A stretch of 64,000 nt of DNA from Camelus ferus (lineage: Eukaryota): the NCBI RefSeq assembly GCF_009834535.1, contig NC_045705.1, positions 71,796,001 through 71,860,000 on the forward strand. Direction: 5' to 3'. How positions within the stretch are numbered: position 1 is the first letter of the stretch; the number at the start of each line of letters is the position of its first letter. The translations under genes and the position numbers were made by a program. Under the pieces are notes generated by a model. That model made no database searches. It was not told where the DNA came from and saw only the letters and a program-made list of their open reading frames with translations. Positions 31,700-42,530 of the stretch are shown here, piece by piece.

Positions 31700-31892
31700 G
31701 CTGTGGTGGCCAAGAGTAGGGGGGCGGAGCCAGCGCTGATGCCGTCCCCGCCTCTCTTCCTGCGTCGGGAGCAGAGCAGTGCATTGTGGGAAACTCCCAG
31801 TCCTTGCATCCACAGCCGCCGGTCGCCGCCCGCCGCCCGCCGTGGTCCCGCAGAGTGCGCTGCACCGAGGTGGGAGGCCCAGAAGCAGCAGC
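31700..31892 (+). promoter_or_regulatory. CEND1 promoter and non-coding exon 1
   Basis: CpG patch with GC boxes and a ZNF143-type site at 31776-31792. Donor AGC|GTAAGG after 31892; exon 2 acceptor TGTCTCTCCAG ends at 33243. Confidence 0.6.
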
Positions 31893-33318
31893 GTAAGGCG
31901 GCGGGGACTCTGCAGCCTGGGATCTGGGGCGGGATGGGGGCGCTGGGTCCGGCGGGATGAAGCGGTGTTTCCCCTGCCATGAAGGTCATCGGGGGCGCTC
32001 CTCCTGGCCCCTTGCTCTCTTGGGCACCGCGGCCTGGAGGGGGAGGGGCAGCTGGGTGACGTCAGTATGAAACCAAAATAACCAAGGGTCTGGGGAGGAG
32101 GGTGGGGAGTGGACCACCTGCTCTTCGCAAACCTGATGCCCAGCAGCTGGGTGACCCTGCAGACTGGCAGGGAGTGAGGGCCACTGGGGATCCCTGGGAG
32201 GTGGGACAGCAGCTGGGCCTCTCATCAGGACACCCCCATCACGCTGTGACCTTCAGGCGACCTTCACGGTTAGTGTGCATCACCAGGGTGGGGAACTCAG
32301 GCTGCCGCCTCCCACCTGGACTCCTTCTCCCAGGGGGTAGAGGTGGGAGTTTCAGCCTCCCGGAGGAGAGGCAGACAACTGATGTCCAGGTCTCCAGGGA
32401 GGGAGGACTCGGGTCCAGAATGGCTCGGCCCCCAGCCCCTCCTCTTCCCCAGACATTGAGAATCTGGGTCAGGCCTTTCCTATGGCCACATCCTCTGCCA
32501 CGTGTCAGTCAGCCTGGCCCAGATTCAGGGATGCTGAGGCTGACTGACAGGGCATGTGCCCACCCTAGGGTCATGCCAGGTATCCCCTCTCCCACCAGAG
32601 GCTCAGGAAGGACTTCCTGTCCGTCAGCTGGAGCAGGCAAGGCTGGTCTTGGGGTTGGGTGCCTGGCACTAGGGAGAAGATGGCCAGCCGGGGGGCACAG
32701 GCCTGTCGCTGCCCCCTGGCTTATCCAGCCTTCTTGATTTTGTCACATCTGGGTCCTGGAGGCCTTGGGCCCATTCCTCCCTACCAGTGCCCATTCCTCC
32801 CTGCCCAGACTCTGAGTCCCCACCCTGCCCTGCCCCCCATTTGGACCCAGCTCCCCTCCTGAGAAGGGTACACGGTCAGTTCTGCATGGGCCCACTGGGC
32901 TGCAGCCCACCTTCCCTGACTGCATACCCTTCTCAGGGCTGGGGGGCTCTCACTTCCCTGTCAGGACTGCCCCTCCCTGGGCTAGTGTGATGGGCACCAC
33001 ATATGTGTGGGTTTCACAGATAAGGAAACTGAAACCTCTGGCTGCTCTCATCTGGACACCCCCAGCCCAAATGGGGGCATAGCGCCTGCCAGTGTGGTTG
33101 GAGGGGCTTCTCAGGAGGTTGTCCAGGTCCTGGAGGGGTCTCGTGGAGTCTAGAGAACTGAGCAGGGTCTCTACAGGGATGAGGAGGTGGAGGATGGGCA
33201 GGAGGGCCAAGTCTCTGGCCATAGCCTCATTGTGTCTCTCCAGGCCCATAGAATGCCCAGAGGCGAGCTGTCCTGAGCTGCTGTGGTCTAGACACCTGCC
33301 CACCCACGCACGCCCACC

Positions 33319-33759
33319 ATGGAGTCCAGAGGGAAGTCGGCCAACAGCCCCAAGGCCGACACGAAGGCCGCTGCTGAGGCCAGAGCACCCCCGGCTGCAG
33401 ATGGGAAAGCCCCCTCAGCTAAGCCCGGGAAGAAGGAAGCCCCAGTGGAGAAGCAGGAGCCTCCAGCGGCCCCCACCCCACCACCTGCCAAGAAGACCCC
33501 AGCCAAGGCAGACCCTGCCCTTCTCAACAACCACAGCAACCTGAAGCCGGCCCCCTTGGCCCCCAGCAGCCCCAATGCAGCCCCTGAGCCCAAGGGCCCT
33601 GGGGATGGGGCTGAGGAGGACGAGGCCCCCAGTGGGGGTCCCGGGGGCCGAGGTCCCTGCCCTTTTGAGAACTTGACTCCCCTGCTTGTGGCTGGGGGTG
33701 TGGCTGTGGCAGCAGCAGCCCTGATTCTTGGTGTAGCCTTCCTGGCCCGAAAAAAATGA
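33319..33759 (+). CDS. CEND1: Cell cycle exit and neuronal differentiation protein 1 (BM88), 146 aa, C-terminal tail anchor
   Basis: Single coding exon [12 protein letters not shown]...[12 protein letters not shown]...[30 protein letters not shown]; strong Kozak context CCACCATGG. Confidence 0.98.
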   Translation: MESRGKSANSPKADTKAAAEARAPPAADGKAPSAKPGKKEAPVEKQEPPAAPTPPPAKKTPAKADPALLNNHSNLKPAPLAPSSPNAAPEPKGPGDGAEEDEAPSGGPGGRGPCPFENLTPLLVAGGVAVAAAALILGVAFLARKK

Positions 33760-34874
33760 TGGCTGGTACCCAGGTCGGGCACAGCCACTCCTGTATAGAC
33801 TTGGGAATCTAGTGCATGCCAAGTTCACACACAGCTATCTCTACACACGTAATATGCATACTTGTAGACCCCCAGATTCACACAGAAGGAGAGAGAAACG
33901 GGCAGCCCTCAACCCGCCCAGCGGTGGAAACCAAGCCCGCTCGGCTGATCGGCCCCCAGCACGTCCCCCGCCCAACCTTGGCGGAAGGCACCCAGGCGCT
34001 GGGGTTACAGAGCAGCAACATGGGTAGAGGGCTCGGCCTGGACTGGGGCGCCTGGTGGCAGAGGAGGGAGGACCCCTGAGTGTGGCCGCCCATCCACGGT
34101 GGACACACCCACATGTCAGTCTGTCCTAAGAAGCCCGAGCAGTGCTGTGGGCTTCCTGGCAGCAGCGTCCTCATGAGGCCATCCTCCAGGGCTAGGCAGG
34201 GGCCTGGGATGGGCTCTGACCTGGGTCCGGCCCACACAGGGACATTAAAGGTGTGGTTGTTCTGCTGCCCCCATTTCTGCTCTTTGCTTGCAGCTGTGGG
34301 GTGGGGTGGGGGTAGGGATCCATCTGGGTGGGCCTGACTCCCTGGGGCTGACCTGGGGCAGGTGGTCCTATCATCAGAGCTTCAACACCACCTGGCTGGT
34401 GGCCTGTGCCCTGGCTGTGTGGATAAATAGCCCAGAGGCTGATGTTGGGAGGGGCTCCCAATATCTACCTTCTGGCTGGGCTCCCACAGTCCTTGCCCTG
34501 AGCCCCTTCCCCGTGCTGTGGCAGTTGTCCTGGGGGCCGCTGAGACTCCAGCAGGTGGGCGGCAGTGCCTGCCCAGGCCCCACAGACACGGCCCCTCCTG
34601 CCTCACCCGGCGTCCTTGGAGTCTCACAAGCATATAAATGCAGTAACACGGGTAGAGCCGCCGGGCGGGGAGCCCTCACCCATGCCCACGGCCCCATCGT
34701 GCCTGCAGGGAGGCATGCTCTCAGACCTGCCCTCGTGCCTCCATTCCAGCTTGGCCCATGGCACAATGGCAGGGGCAGTCTGTAAAGGTGGCAGCAGGCA
34801 CGGTGGGAGCCCGATGGGCCCTTGCCTGGCCAATGGCCACTGGAACCCTGGGCCCGAGTGGAGGCTGAGTCTGA

Positions 34875-34880
34875 AATAAA
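34875..34880 (+). terminator. CEND1 polyadenylation signal AATAAA
   Basis: First AATAAA I found after the CEND1 stop, about 1.1 kb downstream. Confidence 0.7.
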
Positions 34881-36020
34881 CTGTTCTCTACAGGCTGGGC
34901 CGGGGTCCTCACCTGCGTGCGGCCAGGAGGGGGTGTCATGTATCCACACCCAGGGCTTTACAGGAAGGTGCAGGGATCCCCAGGTGCCCCTCCCAGCCCC
35001 TCCTGCCACCTCCATGCCCTTGATCCTGGTGGGCTCTACCCACAGCCGCAGCCGGGCCTCCCTGCTGGCCCCCACCCTAGATAGACACCCGAGGCTGCAG
35101 GACCCACCCCTGCGCCCAGGCTGCGGCCGAAGTGCAGTGGGCCGAGCCGGACTGTAGCCACAAGGACGTGGGGCGGGGAAGGGGACCTTGCTTGTCAGGC
35201 TGAACTCTTCTGCTGGGGGGCTCTTTCCGCCCCACCCTCTACAGTGATCTGGCCCCCCAGGGGTGGGCTGCGGAGCCCCCTCAAGGGGAGGGCTTCCTCC
35301 TCTCCTCACCTACCCACAGCTCCCTGAGCCTGCTCTGGCCAGGTGTCCATCTGAGGAGCCTGTTGGGGCGTGGGCTTGTGGGTAGCAGGGCCTCCTGGGC
35401 TCCAGAAGTGTCCCTGCAGGCTTTGTCACCCTAGGCCACTCCCCTTGGGCTTCCTCAAGCTGGGGGGGTGGGGGGCCATGTGGCACCTCTTTCCCGTCTT
35501 TTCCCAGTACCCCCCCGAGGGGCACATCCCGTCCCTACACGCACACTTCAGGCCCAGACAAGTCCGGAGAGCTTCCCTGGGGTGAATACACCCCAAACAG
35601 ACCTGACGCCCTTGCCTTGAGCCCGCCCCTCCTCCGCACCCAAGCCTCCTGCCCCTGAGCCCAGCCACCGAAGGGGAGGGGCTGCCCCCACCTCCAGCCT
35701 CCTGCCACCCAGTGCCCCCTCCCGTTCTCTCTGCTCTGTGGCTGGTAGCTTAAAAGGAAACAAAACTCTCCTGACACTTGCGGGGACTTGGGGAGGGGCA
35801 GAGGTGACTGAAATGGGCTCTGTGGTCATCCCCCAGAGGCCCTCCCAACGCTGAGACGCCCCACCCAGGATGCTGCTTCATCTCACTCTGCGACTCGATT
35901 CTCCATTAAAGCACGTGGAGGCTGTTTCAGGACGTTTGCAGCCTCAGACAAAGCTGTCACAGAAGTCCTCGGCCTCCCCCCTGCCCCCTACCCTGTCTCT
36001 GGGCATCCTGCAGGCACACC

Positions 36021-36950
36021 TTTTTTTTGTTTTATTGTGGTAAAATGTGCATCACGTACAACGTACCATTTTATCTCAGCCCCTCAGGTGCACAGATGGT
36101 TGGCATTAAGTACATTCACGTTGTTGTGTTAACATCATGCCACCCATCTCTGGAAACTACTCAGCTCCCCAAACTGACACTCTGTCTCCATGAACACCCA
36201 CTCCCCGCCCCCTTCTCCTCCCCTGGTCCCTACTGTCCGCTTCCCGCCTCTATGAGTCTGACTCCTCTAGGGACCTCGTATGAATAGAATCAAGACAGCA
36301 CGTGTCCTTCTGTGTCTGGCTTATTTCACTGAGCATCACGTCCCCAGGGTTCATCCATGTTGTAGCTGTGTCAGAATTTCCCTCCTTTGAAGGCTGAATC
36401 GCATCCCACTGTGTGGATGGACCACGTTTTGTGGATCCACCCATCCGCTACCGGACACTGGGCTGGCTCCACCTGTTGGCTGTTGTAACGCTGCTGTGAA
36501 CACAGGTGTGCATACACCTGGGACCCTGCGCCCACCCTCTCTGGGACACACCCGAAGGTGGATGGCTGGGCCACGCCGGGTGTGCATCCTACACTCTGCC
36601 GCTCGGTCTTGTGCCACGGGCTGGCCGTGAGAGCAGCGCTGCCCTCGCCCAGCGACCAGGAGCTGCGAAGCACCCAAGGCTCTACAGGCCGAACGGGGCA
36701 AGCTGGCCACTCCTGGTGGTTTCCGTTTGCACTGGTCCAACTGCTACTGCTTGCCAGGTTCCCGGCCATCTGGGCCTTGCCTCTTGTGATTTTTCCTGGT
36801 GGTGCCATTTGTCCGTTTTTCTATTGATGGGATGCCTTCTCCTCATTTACCGGAGGACGCCTGTCTGTGTTTTGTATTCCAAGCCTTTGCTGACCTGCAC
36901 TTGTCTTCATTTGCTGGCTGCCTTGCCTCTCACTCTGTTTCCTGAGTCCA
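36021..36950 (-). mobile_element. Old L1 (L1M-type) 3' end, antisense, with remnant poly(A) tail
   Basis: T8 tail and TTTATT at 36021-36036, then GGCATTAAGTACATTCACGTTGTTG...CTGGCTTATTTCACTGAGCAT...TTCATCCATGTTGTAGC. Confidence 0.85.
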
Positions 36951-39900
36951 GAAGTTCCAAAACCTCAGCTGCTCCCTTTACCACCAAGCTTCTGCGGTCT
37001 TGGTTTCAAGGATAGTCTTCTCATGCTAGTCTGACATTCTTGCAATTTACTCGCATTTAGGCCTTTAATCCACCTGGACTTCAGGTTTTCTGTGGAGTAA
37101 GCTGCAGAATTCATGTTGTCTCCTTCCCACTAGCAGATGCGACAGCCCAGCCTCGGGAAATGGATGGTCCCCCTGACCCCACAGTGATGCTGTCCCCTGC
37201 GGTTCCTCCTGCACAGCCAGGGCCTGTCCTGGGCCCGCCTGCACCTGCCACAAGGCCACACTGCAGTTTTGTGATATCACATTGCAATGAGCTCCCGTTT
37301 CTCCATCTCTTATGAGTTTGAGTCACCAGTGTCCCCTCCACGGGGAAGGCTCAGACTGGTTAGCTGAGGTCCCTGGGGCCCCGTGTGAGTTCTGACTCTC
37401 AGCCTCTGGTTCATAGCATCCCCAAGCTTGAGTAACGCAGGGGGGCCTCCAAAGTGGAAAAACAAAAACACTCTCAGGGACGCCCAAGGTTGGCTTAAAT
37501 ATACTTTTGTTACAGAACTATTTTCAATGTCCAAAAAAAATACCAGATATAAAAAGTATCCAGTGTCCAAAAAGTACACACCGTAAATTCCCCTCAGACT
37601 TACAAGGACATCTGAAAAACGGGGACCTCGGATGGGCGGCAGCAGCCCCAGGGGCAGGCGTGCCCATGGCTGGGCACTGAGGATGCTGCCGGGCTGTGTT
37701 GTGCTCACGTGGGATCACCTTACAGGGATGCAGAGGGGCCCAGCTGGCTTTCCTCCCTAGCACCCTTCTTCCCCTAAGAGTGCCTAACTCCCCTTTGGGG
37801 GCCCCTACCCTGAAATGCATTCTTGGTGCAGTGGTGGGGAGGGCTGGCCAGTGCCTCAGGACCCGCCCTCCCCAGACACGGGCACAGCCAGGTAGGGGCT
37901 TCCAGAGCCTCTCTTCCTCCATCAGGGCAGAGTGACTAAGACCTGGGGAGGGCGGAGGTGGCTGGTGACTCACTGCTCCAGACCCTCCCTCTCTGTGGCT
38001 GCTGAGTCAGGCCTTCAGTGCCCCCTGTCCTGGGCCCGCAGCTCCCAGGCCTCAAGGAGGTCCCAGGCCCAGGCAGGCAGAGGCTCTCTGTGTCCCAGCG
38101 ACTGGTCCCAGTGTGCCTGGACCTCCTGTCTAGTGTCTGACCCGCGGAGCTGGTGCCGGCTATTGGAGGGTTGAACGGAGCAAGGTGCACTGCCAGCTCC
38201 AGCACTGGGGACCTGCCCTGGCAGGAGAGAGGCTTACGCCCATGGTGCTGCGGAGAGCGCTGAGGTGACATCCTGGGACCCACCCCTGGCACGTGGGAGC
38301 AAAGCCTGGGTGGAAGTCGGCCCCTCTCCAGCCCAGTGGTCCCCAGATGTGTGTTTGGGGGGAACCCTGTTCCGACCCTCCTCTGGGTCCTCCCGGGCAT
38401 CCGCTGCTCCTGTCCTGATGGACATTGGGCTGGGCCAGCCTGGGACAGAGCCTATCTCCATATCACATCACCCCACTCCAGGCCACAAAGCACCATTGCC
38501 TGCCCACATGTCTGACATCTTCTGGCCAGGCCCCAGCAGCCTGGGGGCAGTGGTACCGGCTGCTCCACCCTCCCAACAGGACTGCTGATGCCCCCTCCCT
38601 CACCGGGCAGAAGGGCCCAGCACTCCAGCTGGCCGCAATGGCCTCAGCAGCCCCATGCTTTCTGGGTTGCCACCTGCCACCCTCTGCTTTCTGGTGCAGG
38701 GTCTGCATAACTCATAGGTGCTTGGGGTCTAGGTCTCGGGACCCCACCCAGCACAGCCTTGGCCAAAAGCAAACCAGGAGCTGAGAAGCCTGTGCCCTGA
38801 TGGGAAGAGGGACGCATCTGCTGGCAGCCTGGGTAACTGGGCTTCCTATGACACTCTCACCCTGGAGAACCCCAGTCCCAAGCCCCACCCGGGACTTGTA
38901 TGTGAGGCCCACCCGGCAGTCAGGCTGAACTAACAAAGGACACTCAGTGCAATCCTGTGCGGGGGTGTTTTTCCAAAGAAAGTACAGGGTAGACAGTGCC
39001 TTGGTGCCCCTGGGTTTTGAGGGATGGTTAGGAGTTTGGCAGGCAGCAAGGAGCTCCAGCATTTCAGAGGGAGGAATAGCAAGGGCAAAGGCTCCTAGGG
39101 AAAGGCTCAGACATGCTCCAAAAAGTTGCCAGGGGAGGAAGCAGGGGTGACCTGAGGCAACGGCCAGCCCCACAGGGCAGAAAGTCCCACAGGACACTCG
39201 CCCACTCACCCATCCTTGGCCTCTAGCGTAAGCAGAGGTAGGAATGAAACATCGGTGCAGGACAACAGGACCAGTGATCTCCATGTATCTTGTGCCTCGG
39301 GGTCCTAAACAAATGCAGAAGCCCAGGTTCAAGAGCGTCACAACCCCCAGCAAGAGAGCCCCCATGCTCCCCCACCTTCACCGGCCCCACGCGGACACTC
39401 ACTATCGGAGGATGAGGCACCTGAAGAGCAGGTAGACGATGCCCAGGGAAGGTGGGTAAGCCCACACCTCGGGTGTGACCCTGGGCCAGGGCTCTCGAGG
39501 GAGGCTCAGCACGACAGGGAAAGGGAGCCTCTTCCCCTCACGTCTAGATTCTGCCCAGGAGACAGTCACCTGGGCCTAGACTGCCAGCTGCACACCCATC
39601 TGGTCCCCAGGCCCTCCTGCACTCTGCCCTGGGAGGAGGAACCGCCTGTCTTAGCAGCCACCGCCATGCCCAGGTGTGCCCTGTCACCTGGCCCAGGTTA
39701 CGGCCGGGCCTCAGTGACATGCCCCTCCTCATCCACTGGGATGGGGGTATGAGGGGCAGGGGGCTGACCCCTAGAATGGGAACTCACTCAGGAAGGGGAA
39801 GCAACAGAATACAATCCCTGTGGGCACCCTAATCCCCAGGACAGGCCCTTGGGAGTCCTCCTGTCTGTGTCCTCACCACTGCACACAGGGGCAGACATTG

Positions 39901-41699
39901 AGAGGCCGGCCACTGGCAAGCCCAGAACGAGGATTCTGGTCGTTGAGGCCCTGTGCAGTCTGCCTACCCCAACTCCAAATGCCACGTGGGACCTGTGCCT
40001 CACAGGCTGCCCTGGACTGGGCTTGGGGTCATGTGCACGTGGGAGACCTGGACCCGAGATCCTGGAGTTGGAGGTCAGCCCCCCAGCCTGGACCCCGGGT
40101 GTGCACCTGGAGCATCCTGCCTGCCACACACCAGCCTCGCTGCAGTGTCATGGCCCCGGCTTCCTCCTCCCTCCTCTTCCTTAGAGACAGAAATGACTGG
40201 GCGTCAGATGTCCCTGTGCGCTGGGTGGAGGCAAGGAGGCTCCTAGACACCGGGCTCTTCCCTACCTTCTGTCCAGCACCGGTGGCTGGCTCAGATGCCC
40301 TGGCGTGGTGCAGGTGGGGCTGGACCAGCAGGGGGACCCCATGGCCCCAACTCAGCCTGGCCCCTCCAATGCTTGGGTCTGACACTCATGGACCCAGAAA
40401 GCTCTCCTGTGCAGGTCTCCATCCAAATCCCACCCACACCCAACTCAGGCACTGCCTGTGGGTGAGGACCGGGTGCTCCTGACTGTGCTGCTGGTGGTCA
40501 GGGCCCCTGGAAGTAGGGGACAGGGTGGGCAGAGGGAAGAGCTAATGGTTGTGTAGGGAGGGGGTGCCCAGGAGGAGCACCTTGGCCTAGACTCGCCCAC
40601 TTTGGCAGTTCCCACCCATGACAAGGATGTCTGCAGCAGCCGCTCCTCTACATTAGAGCAGGGACTAGAGGGTGACCTGTGGGGCCAAGGGGCAGGGCCA
40701 GCCCTCCTAACCACCAGCCTGTGCCCAAGCTCCTCCACAGGCCTCCCCTTTCTCCAGCCAGTCCCTAAAGACCCACATGTATACCCCCACCTGACTGCCC
40801 CCTTGCTCTCCTGTGGAAAAACTCCTTCAAATACAGCTCTGCCCAGTGGCATCTTGATTTTCCTTCTGAACTCAGCACCCCTGAGGCATCCCCATCGCAG
40901 GAAGTGACACCCGCATTCTTCCAGAGACTCAGCTGAACCCCAGAGACCCTGGATACTTCTGTGCCCTTACAATCATCCACTCCACCTCCACGGACCACTT
41001 CTTGGTCTCTGGGCTCCCACCCTCGCCCTCACAGGGACCCACCAGCACAGGCCCACTCCCCTGCCTGGAGCCATGTGGCTCGGCCACCTCTTCTTTCAAG
41101 CCTTTACCCCTTCAGACATGCCCCCACCATTTCCGTGGAGATCCCAGCCTCTCCCACCCTTGCGTGACCCTCCTTTCCCTGTCCCCCTGGCCCACCCCGA
41201 TCGCTCTTCTCACCAGCTGACGAACAGTGCAGTCACCTTCTGGATCCAAGGTCCAGCCCCACACCCAGGACACAAGCCCCACTAGCAGAGCACTTTGCCT
41301 CTGGCATTCCATCTTGTGGCCCCGGTGTCAGCATGGAGGGAGACACAGGTGGCTCTCAGCGACGGAATATTAAATGCCCAAATCCACGGGGAGGAACTTC
41401 CACCCATCCGCGGCGTAGGCAACCTAAATGCACAGGCAAGGGACCTTCATTCACAGGAAGGGACCTTGATTCACGGGGAGGGGGACCCTCAACCACGAAA
41501 AGAGACACCCGTCCACGGGGCATGGTTTTCTCTCCTGATTCACGCTTCTGCCCCAACTGTTTCCTGGTCAGAGTAAGGGACGAGCGAAGGGGAAGAAAGT
41601 ATGTTCCCAGCCGCGAGTAGGAGTCGGGCCAGGGGTTTGCTCAGGGCTGCTGAGGGATGTGGCCCAGGAAGACCCTCGGGGGCCTCCCCTGAGGTCCTG

Positions 41700-42530
41700 C
41701 GGCTAACCTCAGGCCCCTGTGCAGATGCGCCGGGGCCAAGGGCAGAGTGTGTTGGGGGAGGGGCATGGGGACGCAGTGAAGCCGGGCGGACTCGGACCCT
41801 GACCCACGCGGGGAAGAAAGGCAGGGCGGGGCGGGGCTGGGCGGGGCGGGAGGGGCGGCTCGGGCGTCCGGCGCAGCACAGGCCCCGCCCCCAGGCTGCC
41901 GCGGCACGTGACCGCGTCCCCTGGCCGCGCGCACGCACGCACGCACGTATGCTCCGCGCACGCGCAGGCCTCGCGGGCTGCCCCAGAGACCATGGCTTCC
42001 GAGCGGCTCCCGAGCCGGCCCGCCTGCCTCCTCGTGGCCAGCGGCGCCGCCGAAGGTGAGGCTCGCGGAGGGGAGGGCGGGAGGGGTGGGCGCCGGGGCC
42101 GGGGGCCTCCCGCCGCGAGCGCTTCCGCCTGGGCTCGGCTTCTGTGGAGACGGAGCCAGGTCAGTGCGCCGGGCCGCTGCCCTCAGGGACGCGGGGCGGC
42201 CGGGGCGGTGCGCCGGGCGGTGGGTGTTCTGGGCAGGCGGGGCCGGCCTGGCGCGCGGCCCGGCGAGGAGGGCTGGAGAAGGGACTGTCCGGCGGGCCGG
42301 GAGACGGCGGGGGTAGAGCAGCCCTCGCCCTGCCGTGGCAGAGGCGCCGGGAGAGCTCGGGGGCCCGCGTCTCTCGCACTGTTTCTCGGTCGGGTCCTCG
42401 GGGTGCTCAGGGCCAGCCCAGAAGGGTGAACAGATGAGGGCGCCTGGTACTGTCACGAGCACTTACCAGAGCCTCTGTGCCTCCTCTGGCTCCGAGGGAA
42501 GTGATGAGCCCACGGTCGAACCGCGGGGAG
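41700..42530 (+). promoter_or_regulatory. GATD1 CpG-island promoter
   Basis: GC boxes, E-box CACGTGAC at 41905-41912, NRF1-like CGCGCACGCGCA at 41955-41966. Confidence 0.75.

Noticed and set aside
30340-31960. REST/NRSE site upstream of neuronal CEND1
   Set aside because: Only half-site fragments (e.g. CTGTCCGT, GGCGCTGT); no full 21-bp match was seen.
34374-35309. 311-aa minus-strand ORF over the CEND1 3'UTR
   Set aside because: No recognisable domain; GC-rich chance ORF.
37000-41600. Hidden protein-coding gene between CEND1 and GATD1
   Set aside because: No chain of frame-compatible exons or recognisable peptide. A divergent lncRNA from the GATD1 promoter is possible but cannot be supported from sequence alone.
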